Shown here: piece after piece, positions 33,240 through 46,805 of the stretch
Numbering within the stretch: the stretch's first letter is position 1
How the letters are laid out: every line of letters begins with the position of its first letter
From: Trichodelitschia bisporula
Taxonomy: Eukaryota
Length of the DNA stretch: 64,000 nucleotides
Direction of reading: 5' to 3'
NCBI GenBank assembly: GCA_010356995.1
Contig: ML996688.1
Span: 1,710,579-1,774,578, forward strand
The notes under the pieces: generated by a model
What the model was told of the DNA's origin: nothing
Seen by the model: only the letters and a program-made list of their open reading frames with translations
Databases searched by the model: none
Made by a program: the position numbers and the translations under genes

Positions 33240-36093
33240 TCAACCCCCCCCCAACACCAAAGGCCCCAGCCCCGGGCGCCCTCCCTCTCCCCCCACACCC
33301 TCCACAGGCACCCCCCCATCAACCCTCGAAATAACCGGACTCAAACTCGCGCCCCACTTCCCCTCTCCCCCACCGGGAGCAAGCCCGTGCACCCCCCCCG
33401 CGCTCTTCGGCCTCCCAACACCAGGGCCACCAAACCCACCCGCACTCACACTCCGCCCGTGCCCGCGCCCCTCCCATCCAACCGGGCTAGCAACGTCCCG
33501 GGACCAACTCCCCCTCGCCAGGACCGCGGCCGCAGGGAGGGAGCTCACGGAGCGCGTACTCGCGACGGAGAACGCGCGACTGACACGCTTGTTGACCACG
33601 GGCCGAACCCTACCCTCCGCTCCCTCGCCAACACCCATCCCGCCCACTCCGTCCTCAACCACAAGATCCTCGACAGCGCGCGGATCCCTCCCGATCTCCT
33701 CTTGAAAAACCTCGTCCTCGTCCTCGATCTTAGGCGCGCGGCGCACGCTCCCGACTTTGAAATACGGCGTCCGGTCGCCCCAATCCACGCTCTCCGCGCG
33801 CTCAATCACCTCTTTCTTTTCCCTCCACGTGAACGCCGTCTCCCCAGCCAGATACGCCAGATATCTCTTCCGCACGCCGGCCAGGCGCTTTGGCCCCACC
33901 TCCTCCCTCCGCCGGGTGACACTCCACACGCTCGTCCACGCGCCCACCAGCACCGCCACCATCGTGGCGATTATCAGCACCCCCTGCACCACAATGATAA
34001 CAACCCCAACAACCGTCGTCACAATCCGCCCCAGTCCCCAACGTACATCAAACGCCGCGCTCAGCGCCGTGCTCACCACCCTACTCCCCCCGAGGCCATA
34101 CACCACAAGCCCATTCAACCTCTTGCCCTGGAACGGCTTCGCAGCCACGAGCCCGAAGAAAGCGAGTACTTCAACCACGAGTAGACCGAAGACTTGCACC
34201 CTTGGACTCCCACTCGCCCCCGCGTAGAAGCCCGCGCGCACGAATTCGTAACAAGCCCAGGGCGCGAAGAACCACCACCTCTCCGCCCTGAACCGCGCCG
34301 CCAGCCACGCGAACCGCGCCATCCACCCTTCCCCATCGGCAGTCGGTTTCTGCTCCTCGCCTCCGCGGGGCCCGGCAGAGGGGGTGTGCGCCAGGCGCCA
34401 CCATGGCAAGCTCGCCAGACGCTTACGCCCATGCCCTTCGGACAGCGAGCTTTGCCGCCTGATGCCGATCCAGGGGATTATGCGGAGGACGCGCCGCGGC
34501 ACGAGCAGCAGGCGATCCGGCTCGCTCACCCACGCCCCGCCGTGGAGACGGGTATACAGCGCCCATGCCGCGAGCGCGCCCACACCGCCGAAGACGAGGA
34601 TGAACACGATCGCAGCAACAGCTACGACGGGCGCGGAGCCGGTATACGCGAATTGAAACAGGGACAGGAAGAGCAGTGGAAAAAAGGCAGCCAGGAGGGT
34701 GCGGCCACAGGCGTGCCCCGCGTATACAAGCCAGCTCCTGCGAAAACCATCCAGGCGCGTAGTCTTGAGCATCTTGACCCGGGCGAGGATTTCGAGTGCA
34801 GCCTTGAAGAGCGCGATGCACCCGAGTATGACGAGCAGGGCGATTAAAACCCAGATCAGGCCCGTGAGGAAGGCGTGGCTGGCTGGGATCCCGACTTCGT
34901 ACAGCGTCCCCGCGAAGCCGGAATAATTCCCCGGGAGCGGCAGACCTTCTCTGACCAAGTCGCCGTAGAAGCGGAAGCCGGTGGTTGAGTTCGCGAGGGT
35001 GCGTTTCGCGAGCTCAGACACGGGCACGGGGTCCGCGTCGGCGTAGATGCGCTCACCCTTGCCTAGGTATACGTCCGCCATCCGTTTGTAGATCTTGTGG
35101 ATGTCGTATCCGCCGCCTACGTCGCCAGCGTCGGTGCCCGCGCCCGCGGCGCCGAGTTGGGTGGTGTTACCCCTGTGGGTGCCTACGGCCTTCGCGATGG
35201 CGGACTGCATGCTGTTCGTGTAGATCATCCCCGACGCCCAGGCGAAGTTGGACCAAAAGGCAACGAGCACAGAGGGCCAATTAACCGACAGCGCACCGGT
35301 AAAAAACGCGCTCTGCAGGACCGCAAACACAACCAGCACAGACAGCGAATGCGCGTAGTGCGTCCTCGTCTGCGCATCATCATCGCCATACACCGTGGTT
35401 GCGAAACTCGCGGCCAGGGCGAGCGCGACGAAGACCCCGACTATGCTGCCGACGGCTTTGGGGTGTGAGAAGGAGGCGCCGTTGGTGACTACCGCCGTGT
35501 AGCAGGCTATTTCGGCTTGTGTGCTGTTGGCAAACATGCGCAGGACGGCTTGGCCTTCGAAATCAGGGATGGAGAGGGCGATGGAGGGGATGTTAGCTAT
35601 GTCGGCGGGGGAGAGCGGGATGAGGCCGCCTGTTTCGATGGACACATTGGCCTGCATAGGGCACAGGCTGTAGGGCGGGGGGTGGTTAGCTCACATTCCA
35701 TTCCACAACACGGGGACCGCCTGCAGCTCACCTGTCTATATTGGCCTTGCACGGATCGAAGGCGAGCTCGAATCTGCTCTCGCCGTAGGCGTACACGCCG
35801 ATGAATATCATGATTGATTCTTTGACTAGCTGTGTGTTGCCGGCGATGTGGAAGGCCACCGTCATGTTGTCCTGGTAGAATGAGGCATCAAAGCGGGTGA
35901 CATTGACGGCGCTGGGCCCGAGGCAGTCGCCGAAGTTGCCGGTGTAGAGTGCTGGAGCTCGATTATCGGCCAGAGTGATGACTTCACCATCGGGGGTGGT
36001 GTAGGAGAAGGTGCTTTGCGCTGTGGCTAGCGGGAGGAGGAGGAGCAGCAGCAGCAGCGCTGAGCGCAGCGTATGGAGAAGTCGTGCTGCCAT
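33240..36093 (-). CDS. FLC/Pkd2 family TRP-like membrane protein (ML-like domain + TRP domain), 1 intron
   Basis: Signal peptide and PALYTGNFGDC..VTRFDASFYQDN..YAYGESRF..DPC|SLCP. Also IPDFEGQA, SVNWPSVLVAFWSNFAW, multiple TM helices and VRRAPKIEDEDE. Confidence 0.9.
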
Positions 36094-39065
36094 TTTAGAG
36101 GAGGAGAGGAGGTCGTGGCCGTGGGAAGGCCGTTATCTGCAAATCTGAAGATCTGAGGCCGGCCGCATTCGGCGAGAGGATGAGGCTGTAGACCGAGATC
36201 GTTTGCGCTGGTATGTAGATGCAAGGCCCCGTCACCCGTCGCCGTATCCGTCTTCGTCTCTCCAGCACCTTCTACTCGCGCGAGTCGTACAGCAGCAGCG
36301 AGAGGAATCCAATATATCTCTTCCCCACCCAAACTCGTGGGCAGACAGCTTACACAACAAGCTCGGCAGACCCCAACCGTAGCAGTCGATCAATCAACAA
36401 TCACCAGGGTCCAAGTCCAGGGCCGTCTCCGCTCGTCTCCACTCCCATAACCCACGAAAATCCGCAAAGAAATATGAACAAAGCGAAAGAAAAAAACCTC
36501 AGCCTTCCTCGTAAAGAGGGGGCGGCAGCCGGGGCATCCGGTGGTACATAAGTGGTGACGCCCGTGGCTCACACACACCGACGCGCTTGACTTACCTGGA
36601 CCTTGGAAAGCAGAGCTAGGGAGAGCTCCGTGACCTGGTTCCGCCCGGTCTACGAGAGCGTTTCTGCGGTGGAGTACGTACAGCCGAAGCTAGCATCCCA
36701 GTCGCCGTTCAGAGTCTCGTCCACTCGCGGATTAGAAGTCAAAAGTATGGCTTGGTGCCATTGTCTGGCGCGGCGTTTCGCGGGATGGGCGCATGCAGGA
36801 CATGACCAGGGCTGGGGGGTTGGGAGGAAGCGCCTCGTACTCAGCACATTGGCTGGACAAGTACATAATATTGGCATCTTCAGACGAGCATGAGGGCACC
36901 ATTGGGTATTGGGCGGCCGACGAAATGGCCCGCTGTTTTTGTGGAGTAGCACACGCGACGTAGCTCCTATGAAGTGACGCGGGGAGCCTGTAGCAGTACA
37001 CAGTACATGCAGAAACAGGTCTTCCTCACATCGTCAAGAGACGCAAGACTCAAGACCGCACAAGAGCCCCGTTAACGCCGTACGGATGACGGATCACAAA
37101 GGACCGAGCCCGCGACCCACCTTTTCTATCGTCAATACTCTACGCGCGCGGCGGTCTAAAGGCTATCCCCTAAGTACCCAGCGCCCACAGTCATCGTAGA
37201 ACTAGACCCTCCATCCCCTCCACCATCGACTTCACACTTCATCGCTGACGTCGATCCGCCAAGCACCCTTCCCACCGTCGGCATTCGTGCCTGGCATGTC
37301 GGCATCCCGCATGCATCCATCGCCGCCTCCTCATCAGCAAATCCCCAAAGCAAGTAATCCGTCCAATACCTCCCGGCCCGGCTGGATTCCGCGCAGCGAA
37401 TTCACATCCGCGTGGGCAGCAGCTCGCGTAAATTCACCAGCCCAGCCATCATCGCCCGCCCCCCACGATCAAGCAGCTTCCCACAAATCGGACCCTCGTC
37501 ATCGAAGCCGGGGTGAACCAAGATCTCCCACGATCGGCCCAGATGTCAAGCGCGTCAAGCCATCCATCAAGTTAACCATCAAGCCAGCGTCCATTTGCGC
37601 TCGCTTAAATCCAGCGAACGAAGTAGGTTAGATACGAGTATTTGCCACGGTGTCGCGACCGCTGCATCTTGTCTCAATTCATGACGATGCCCGCGTCCCG
37701 GCCCCCACACCAGTTGCGTGCCGCCGTCAGCAGCCGGGTCGGAATGCCAGGTTCCGGAGCGGGCATTTGTCAGTGTAGACATGAGTACTGTACCGGTGGG
37801 AGTCTGGAATTGGATTCCTTCGTCGTATGTACCCGCAGCCGCGTCCTCGTACTTCGTATGTGCCCCCCACATTCCGCCAGCGTGAGATTCAGCTCCAGGC
37901 GTGGGATGAGGGCGATTGGTGAACGACGGATGTTGTTGCTAACGCGGTTGCGTGGCGCGGGGTACGGGCGGGTGAGACAGTGAGGCGCAGGGAGAGTGTT
38001 TCGTTTGGAAGTTTCGGAGTGTTTGGTTGAGATGCAGCGGCTCGTGGGGTTTAAGCCTTTTACTCCGTAGAACGGTGAGATGTATGACGGGTACGGTAGT
38101 TGAAGCAGGCGATTTACTAGAGGGAGAGAGGGAGAGCGATCGACATTTGTTCGGTCGTGCGTGCAAGGTGAAACATGAAGCTCAAAGCTTGTTCTAACCG
38201 AACTCCAAAACGATTTCGTCAAACATCGACCACCGCACTATCCGTCGTCAGAAGTAGGCTCCCTGCATCTCATATCTCCGTTGTCAATTTGCAAAGAGTT
38301 CTAGGAGGCTAAATAGCCGATTCATTCCAGAGCCAATTTATCACAGCCGAAAGTGACTGGTGCTTGCGGGATTTGATATGGCTGAACGGTTCGAAAAATC
38401 GTCTGTCACGATCTTTGAGGTTCAAATCCAAAAGGCAACGGGAATTCAACCAAATAGCTCTGAATAAACTACCGGGTCTTGGACTCTTCGGATCACTCCG
38501 GCTCTTAGAACTAATTCGCTTGAATATGGCGATGCTACTTGTTACCGATAGCGCATCTCGAGGTTGAGCACTGGAGCTCAATGGAATCGAGTCAATATTC
38601 AACTTGTGAGACGTCATCAAATGCAAGTATAATGTCTATTGGGCTATCATATTAGACGCTCAATTGCTATGTACCGAGTCTGGAGATGTACGGTGTACGT
38701 CGGTTGAAGAGATGCCGTCGTGATGCACCCGAAGTGCATACGGTAGCTTGTCATCGGCCAACCCAACCTCCGAAATAACCGAGCATAGCGCCGTGTCAAT
38801 GGTCACTTCAGCTATTACCCAGATCATAGCTTCCCTCGAGTATTCAACTTTCTGTGGCCCCGAATAATGGATGGAATCAAAGCTTCCAAGTTGAGTGAGA
38901 GTGGACCGACTATCAGAGCGGGCTCAGACTGGGACGCATCACCGAAAAGTTTGCGGTTATGACACTCACTCCACATGCAGCACATAGGCGCGAAAGTCTA
39001 TCTATTGCACATGAGATCGGAGCCTATAGAACATGGTATTTTGGAGAGCAAGGACGGCCACCCGA

Positions 39066-39810
39066 TTACAACACCGACAGATCGCCAAACTTCTCCTGCT
39101 CAAGGTTAGCGACATCCTCATTAAAACTCCTAGAGAACTTGCCTTGTAGCCGGGAACGTCCCAGCGGCCCTTGGAAACGAGCTGTTCGGTGCGCTGGTCA
39201 ATATCGGGCCGGGCAGCAGCAACCTCGTCCTACGCAGCATTAGCCCAAATCCATCCAAACACGACACAAACTACGCACCACAGTGAGATCCTCAAACGGC
39301 CTCGCCTCCTCAATATTCTTCAGCGTCTTCTGCAAGTCGCTAAGCTCACGATCCACCACACTCTTCGTCTCCTCCGCCCCCTTAACCGCCTGCGCCTCAA
39401 ACGCCTCAATGGCCTTGACCTGGCGCTCGACGTCGTAGGTCTGGGGCTTGAAAGCCGAGAACTGGCGCTCGATCTCGTCGACCACGGCCGTGTTCTTCAG
39501 CACGCTGCGGTAGTGCGCGAAGTCGACGTTCTGCGGTAGCTCTTGCAGCATCTGCAGCTTGCGCCGCGCGTCGTCGTTGCGCTTCTTGAAGGTGACCAGC
39601 GAGTTGGCCGTGCTGCCACGCAGCCCGAGCTGCGAGGCCAGCTTCGTCCAGTCGAGTTTGAGGGCGGCGCTACGCTGTGCAAAGGTTAGCCGTGGGCTCC
39701 GGTGTGCCGAGGGTGTGCTGGGAAAGCAAGGGCATGCGGGCGATGCCAGTGGGTTTACTGCACGGGAGTGTGTTGCTTCATAAGGGGAATTGACTTACTC
39801 CGACGGCCAT
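39066..39810 (-). CDS. ATP7: Mitochondrial ATP synthase subunit d, 3 introns (the last is GC-AG)
   Basis: [82 protein letters not shown]. Confidence 0.96.
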
Positions 39811-40166
39811 TTCGATGGTTGGAGATGTGTAATGGGTGGTGATGCTTCGCAAAGGTGCGCTGTCGTGAAGCGGGCGAGAGAATCCGACGCTTGGCACCGG
39901 GGTCTTCCGATCACGTTTTGCGGCCCGATATATGAGGCATCAATATCCAGCAAGAGTTGAGCCGAGCACAAGTCGACGGCGGTCAGTGGCACTTGATTAA
40001 AGACGCAGAGCTTCGATGATGGGTACGGTAGCAGTGCAGACTTAGAGTTTCATAATGCAGTTCAAAGAGTCGATTTCATGGTGCCATGCTCAGGTTGATA
40101 TGGGAATTGGACTACGGTACAGCACAACGACTCCACCCGACCTCCAAACCCTCACACCGAAATGAC

Positions 40167-40884
40167 CTATGAGCTGAGAGCCATGATCGAGTTGACAATG
40201 TCGTTGTCATTCTCCTTGAGTGCCTTGACAGCCTTTTTGCGAGACACGCCCGCTTGCTGCATGACGAGCTCGATGTCCTTGCCCTCGAGACCCTCCTCAT
40301 CAACTTCCTCGCCGTCGTCCTCCTCTTCCTCCTTCTTCTCATCGCCATGGTCGACAGCCTTGCCCTTGCCGTGGGAGTGACCAGCGTGATCGTGGCCGGC
40401 GTGGTCGCCAGCAGCCTCTTGGGCAATCTGCTGAGCAGCGGACGCCTGAGCCTGGGAGTTGAGGTCCTCGATCTTGGCCTCGCCAAAGATGCTACTGGAG
40501 TCAGACAAAAGCTCGCACACAGAGCGAACTACTTACATGTAGGTATTACTTGAAGGCGACTTGTAGACATCGGGGTTGTTGATCACGAACAAGATCTAAC
40601 CCGCATTAGAATTCGTCTGAAATGCACAAAAAGCCCAGACTTACGTTCTTGGGCCGCCGAAGCGTCACCCGCGTGATGCCCTCGATGTGCTTCAGGCCGA
40701 GCTTCGCGATGGCCTTGCGAGCCTTCTTCTCGTTGCGGGAATGGACCGCCACAGACGAGCCTGCGGGGATCACGGCCTCACCCTCGCCCTCGACCTCGGA
40801 GTCGTCGTCGGAGCTTGCGTCTTCAACCTCGACATTCTTCTTCTCCGGCTCGTCGGGGAGCTCTTCAATGCGGGGGTTCGACAT
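40167..40884 (-). CDS. EGD2: Nascent polypeptide-associated complex alpha subunit, 2 introns
   Basis: [55 protein letters not shown], with a C-terminal UBA domain ([22 protein letters not shown]). Confidence 0.97.
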
Positions 40885-41332
40885 TTTGGCGTTGTGTAGT
40901 GTTTGGAAATCGAGGGGTCCCTCGGGGTGCAAATGATGGTGGGCGGAAGCACGGACATAATTTGCAGTGACCAATCATAGGCCCGATTCCCGAAGCGAGG
41001 ATCACCGGCCGCGCGTAACCCCACCAGGGCACCAACATCAGACATCACCGAGAAGCAGGTTTGGAGAATAGTTGGAATGGATTAACTACAGGCTGGACGT
41101 TCACGGCTTCTTCTACGGCTTTGAAAAATCGCACACCTCAACTCGTGCCGTTTCATTTGATCGCTGAACCACAAAAGACACGAAGTGCAGATTTACAAGG
41201 CCGAAGACGCCGGAAGCCCTGCCCATTGGGACTTTCATTGGTTATGCCGAAATCGAGAGTTGTTCCCTAAGCAGCAGAGCCCATGCAAATCCCCAAGTTT
41301 CACCCCATCTCGCCCCAATGTGCGCTCGACGT

Positions 41333-41962
41333 CTATGCCGAAGCCCGAATCTTGGCCAGAGCCTTCTTCTCCTCAAAGCGCACCTAGACAGTTAGCGATT
41401 GCCATGTGAACGCCGTCAACATGACTAACCTGCTTCCGCAACCGCATCACCTTGAACCGCTCGAAGTCGTTGAGGGATCTCCGCTTCGCGCTCTGAGCAC
41501 GGCGCTGGGCGAAGACGCCGCTCTCCCACTTCTTCTCGACCTCGGCAGCCTTCCACGCGGACTTCAGCGCACCGTTGCCGATAGCGCGCGGGAGCTTCTC
41601 GATGACGATGGGAGTAAGAGCGACGTTGGCCAGGGCGGCAGCATGGCGGGGAACAGCCTTGTCCTCATCGTCCGAGGGACCATCAACCAGGACCTGATCC
41701 ATGAGCTATGGTCGTATAGAGTGTGGGGAAACATACACGCTTGTGATCGATGATCTCAACAATCGTCGCGATCCTATTGCAATCAGCTCTGCACTTTCTT
41801 TGGGCTCACAAACTCCTCACCTTCCCACGTACGGGCTGGGAGCCGAGAACAGGACCACGCGGCCGACCTCGACTAAGCGCCAGCTGTGCAATGTGAGCAA
41901 GCGCGATCTCGAGCATTGTGGTGAAGCACTGACCGGCTAGCTGTGATATCTGCGTCGCCCAT
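41333..41962 (-). CDS. RPL14: 60S ribosomal protein L14 (eL14), 4 introns
   Basis: MGDADITASR|WRLVEVGRVV..IVEIIDHKR|VLVDGP..LNDFERFKVMRLRKQ|VRFEEKKALAKIRASA. Confidence 0.96.
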
Positions 41963-42264
41963 TTCGTACGGTTTGCTGTGTTCTGTTAGTGGTGCGTTGC
42001 AGATGGTTGCTGTGGCGGCGTACTCAAGGAAAGGAAGACGGGTTGAAGTGGTTGTCGGTGATGTGTGGTTGCAGTCAAAAATGTGTGGGCTCGGCGTCTC
42101 GGCGACCGCATGCTCGCTCGATGCAGCCTCAGGCAATGTTTGTGCGCCAAGCCATAAGCGAGGGGCGGACCGCGCCGCCGAAATTCACCCGGCATTCGAA
42201 ATCTCCAAAATCCTTCAACCGCCGCGACAACTTCATAACGGTCAACTAACAACAGCATCTCACA

Positions 42265-42954
42265 ATGGCGCCGAAGGTTGACGCTAAGAAGGGTAAGTTG
42301 ACGAGCAGTATCTCACTCCCTTGCGGCACGACTAACATCTCGCAGGCAAGAGCACCACCAAGCCCACCTCCAAGTCGGGCAAGGCCAATGCTGCGGCAAA
42401 GGCTGCGCTCAAGGGCGTAAGATGATTCCCTCCAGAGGCGTTCAGCACAATTGCTGAGGCCTAGTTATAGGTCAACTCGCACAAAGTGAGGAAGGAGCGC
42501 TTCTCGACGACCTTCCGGCGCCCCAAGACTCTGTCGCTGGCTCGCGCCCCCAAGTACCCGCGCAAGTCGGTCAACGTGAGTAAACACTATCCGAATCGAG
42601 ACGGCACTGACCCGCCATAGCACGAGCCGCGCCTCGATGCTGGCAGCATCCTGCTCTACCCGCTGAACACGGAGAGCGCGATGAAGAAGATTGAGGAGAA
42701 CAACACGCTCGTCTTCATCGTCAACATCAAGTACGTCACGTCTACAGGTCGGACCTTGAAATTTCAGGCCTGGTGCTAATATGCGCAGGGCCAATAAGCG
42801 CCAGATCAAGGCTGCGCTCAAGACGATGTACGATGTCGACACAGTCAAGATCAACACCCTCATTCGTCCGGACGGCACCAAGAAGGCGTATGCCCGGTTA
42901 ACCCCGGATGTGGACGCCCTGGACATTGCGGCGACCAAGCTTTCGATCGTCTAA
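42265..42954 (+). CDS. RPL25: 60S ribosomal protein L25 (uL23), 4 introns
   Basis: [96 protein letters not shown]. Confidence 0.97.
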
Positions 42955-43248
42955 AATGGGATATTGGGACGGCTTATGGCGTTTTGACGGGTTTTCTGAT
43001 AGCAAAGAGCAGCTAGCGTGAATACCACATTGTGCCATTTGCCAACTCATAGATGGCAACTGCAATGACCTTGTGACCTTGATTGAATGGTGATGCCTAG
43101 TTTAACAGCCCATACATGTACATGACCGTGAACTCCGTAATGCAGCCGGACCGTAGTCCGTTCCGTGTCCCAGTAGATCTCCAGTTAGATCCCCAGTGCC
43201 CCTCAAATAGGCGCAGCAGATGAGTATGACTTCTAAGTGGCAAACGCT

Positions 43249-43582
43249 CTATCCTGTCCTCATCGACTCGAGCTGCTTCAGAATTGAGTTGTTCGCATCC
43301 ATGAAGCGGTCTACGCAGTTGCGCATGCACGGTTCCTCGGTCTTGTCCAGCGTGCCCGACGAGATCTTGCCAGTGATGCACTTGCGAAAGCACACGTCCG
43401 TAAGGGAGTGGATGGCTGCGAAGCAGTTAGCCTGGTTCGGTTTTGGAAGGCACGAGCAGACCTTGCTGGATGGTGCTCTTTTGGGTCTCGTTCTTGAGGA
43501 ACTGCTGGAGCTCCGCCTTGTCCCGGTCGGGGAGCGACTGAAGGTCCGCCGCATTCAGGTTGATGTTGCTAAGCGCGTCCAT
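43249..43582 (-). CDS. TIM8: Mitochondrial small Tim chaperone Tim8, 1 intron
   Basis: Twin CX3C (CFRKC..CMRNCVDRFMD), with N-terminal DLQSLPDRDKAELQQFLKNETQKSTIQQ. Confidence 0.9.
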
Positions 43583-44523
43583 GATGGCAATTGGGCGGTG
43601 TGAGTTGGTCGTGACGTCGTGGATCGTGGGTCGCGGATGCGTGTTCTTGCGAACTTTTTTGTCCGTTGTTCAAGTTCTGGATTTCGAGCGGAGATGGTCC
43701 GTGCGCGGCATGTCCGGAGCTTGGAGGCATAAAACGACCCCTCGTTGCCGCCCACGGATTTATGAGCACGAAGTTGCATCTCTTATCACTTGCTGCAGTT
43801 GTTGCGATGGAACCTCAACCTCGTATATGCGGTCACAACGGACTCAGTTATCCCCAACCGAGGCTGAGGAGGGAATCCCGAGAGCATTATACAAATTTGG
43901 TATGCAGCAAGCGACGAAGCCGGACAGCGGAGTAAGCGTCCACGCCAGCTTCGGGAACCCGCAAAGCCGAAGACGCCCTCTACTAAGACCCGAGACGAAT
44001 GAATACCGATATTTCTCCGGGCGTCCCTATCCGAACTCGCCAAACGGGGAGGGTTATAAATTCGACCGGGTTTTGGGAGTAAGCAGATGCGAAACGGCCA
44101 ATGGGCGCCCTCTCTCTTGAGTACCTAAGCTTCCTCCACCGTGCTGACTGGACTGCTTCATGACTATGATGCCCTTCTCGAAAGCTGAACTTTTACCACG
44201 GGCGCAGCCTCTCTTACTGTCTCAGGTGTTCAACCGAGGCGTCATGTCCAGATTTCTAAGAATAGGGAACGTCGTTGGGCGTTGTTCTGATGTTGACGAC
44301 TGCAGCGTGAAGGGTGACTTTGTGCTGTTGGTGCAGGAGGCAGATGCAAACAGGTTCGGACGCAAACCCTCGTCTGTCGGGCAGATGGTCGTGACGTCGA
44401 TGGCTTCCACATGACTTTAACATCTATGTCCGTCATCCATCAAAAGGGTCGGCGAATATCTGACAGGACGACAATGCGGCAGTTAAATTTTGTCCTCGCA
44501 GTATGAAGCGATCGTTCGGAGAG

Positions 44524-46805
44524 ATGAGCGCACCTGTTGACGAAACGCCGCCGGAGATGGCCAAAAACGGCGTAGGAGCTTCGAGGGTCCACCAACCCCA
44601 GATATCGAGGAAGATCCGAGCCTGTAAGTGCTTTAAGATCGTTAGGTGATGGCTTGATCCCTACTCAATTGAGTGGAGTTTACTCCGACGTGGCGTTCCA
44701 TTCGAAGTGAATTGAGCAGACCACTCTTGAGCGACTAGTAATCGTCAAAGGAGTCTCGGAGCATCATGTTGCATCAAAGTCGCCTATGCTTCCCCTCTTC
44801 ATTCTGTGATCATAATTTTTGCCAATAGGGTCGAGAGTTTAAGGCTGATGGTCTCCAGGTCAAGAATGCCAAAGCAGAAAGATCAAATGCGGAATTGAGC
44901 CCGGAGAGCGAGCTTGTGCTCGATGTATTCGGCTCAAGCTCCACTGCGTTGTCAACAAGAGCTTGCAGACTCTGCTGGAAGACGAGTCAGAGTGGAAAAC
45001 GGCTATGGAGCAAAAGACGCACCAACTGCAAGTCGCCGTCTCTGAGATTCTGCGGCACATGAACATACCAGCCATCGAGCACCTCAGCCCGAGTTCGCAT
45101 GCCAAAGTCAGCGAATCGGGATATGCCGACCATCACAATGGAGAATCCGAGTATGCATCGCCGCGAAGCCGTCATCGACCAGCAACGCTCTCTATGACTA
45201 GAGAGCCATCGCAGGAGCCTGCTCAAGGCGAAGGAGACGGAGACAGCACCATTTCCGATCCAATGGCGAGTCTCTATGAAGTCACGAAACTGTCTGCTTT
45301 GCGCAGCAATCCACAGTCGACTCCCAGAGGCGAAGTACGAACTGGACTCAAGGACGATTTTATTGCGCAGGGAAGGGTTAGCCTGAGCGACGCAGAGGAG
45401 CTGTTCCACGCGTTTGACACAACACTCCACCAGTATCTCTGGGGAGGATCGCCTTTGGTGCACGACATCCTGGCATCAGCTCGGGAATCGTCGTCGCTTC
45501 TGGTGGCGGCTATTCTTGCGGTGACTGCGCTCCACGTCCAAGACAAGGAGCACATCTTTGATATGGCGTATACGGAGTTTCTGTCCCTCGTCAGCGATTC
45601 TATGTTTCACCGCTACCACAACTTGGATGACATTAGAGGATTTTGTATAGGAGCATTTTGGCTGTCCGAAGTGAGCTGTGAGTAAATCAGTAATCATAAA
45701 ACGACCACATACTGAGCAGTGCTAGGGAAGCTTTCTGGTCACGCAGTTCGCATCGCCACAGAACTCGGTCTACACCAAAGCTTTTCCAAGGCTCTACGCG
45801 GACAAAGTGACCATATCGAAGGGGCGAGGCTTTGGTTTCTCCTGTACGTCTGCGACCACAACTTCAGCATCGCCTATGGAAGGCCGCCCGTTATTCATGA
45901 TGACGCCACAATCCCGCTCCATGAGGCATTCCTGCAAATGCCCGGAGTAACCCAAGCCGACTACCGACTGCATAGCCAAGTAGCCATCTTCCGTATTCTC
46001 AGCCAAGTATACTTTTATTTCGGACCGGACCCCGAAAAGTCAATCTCGGAAACGGACCTTGATAGCATCCAAACGTTCAACGCCGACATAGACGCCTGGA
46101 GAGCAAAGTGGCAGCCTCTGCTCGGTCAGTCCCGTAGTATTGCTCCGTGCTCAGCTAACAAGCTTAGGACCGAACAAATACCTCGCTGGCTATCCCGCAA
46201 GAGGAATAATCATGAACTGGAACTTCGCCAAACTGCAAGTCAACGCGTACGCCCTCCGCGGAATGTCCCCGTGCTCAACACAAATGCTCTCTGACAAGCG
46301 CCATCATTTCGCCCAACTTGCCGTTGATAACGCCCTTGCAACCCTAGAGTTCGTCCTCAAGGACCCGTCCATTCGCGCCGCAACCGTTGGCATGCCTCTT
46401 TATCTACACACGATGATAACCTACGCCGCTGCTTTTCTACTTAAAGTTCTGCTGCGCTGGCGCGCGTACAGCCTCGCCCTGGATGACTACACTGTGATCC
46501 ATCTGATCGAGAGTTGCGCGGATCTTCTCAGCAATGCAAAGACGAGCAAGCGGCATCTGGCGCCATACATGGCCCACGGCCTGCGTGGCATGATAGCGAA
46601 ATTTAAGGCTGAGAGGTTGGAGCCGGAACCTCTTCCGCTGACGATTGCAGACCTTGAACGAGGACTCGCGGGGTCGAGTGGTCCAGATTGGAGCAGCTTT
46701 GGAGTAGGTATAATGTCTGGAGATGACGTTGGGCTCTATGGGATTGAGCAACAGTACCTCCCGCTGGGGATGTTCGATGGCATGGCTGCAGGGATGCCGG
46801 GCTGA
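44524..46805 (+). CDS. Zn(II)2Cys6 fungal transcription factor, 3 introns
   Basis: Splicing intron 44624-44858 restores RKIRAC-QECQSRKIKC..ACARCIRLKLHC. The fungal TF middle-homology region (SGHAVRIATELGLH..RLWFLLYVCDH..YGRPP) follows. Confidence 0.9.

Noticed and set aside
32961..34847. 407-aa and 217-aa Pro/Arg-rich plus-strand ORFs
   Set aside because: They lie antisense to the G-rich 3' half of the FLC gene and are a low-complexity artefact of skew.
36950..38950. Possible gene between FLC and ATP7
   Set aside because: Only short ORFs with no family motifs. A coherent exon chain could not be supported.
43249..43582. Assignment as TIM13
   Set aside because: The N-terminal DKAELQQFL..E.QK and C-terminal NCVDRFMD patterns fit Tim8 better.
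44624..44858. TPP riboswitch or stwintron in the long TF intron
   Set aside because: No TPP aptamer consensus and no nested split-donor arrangement was seen.
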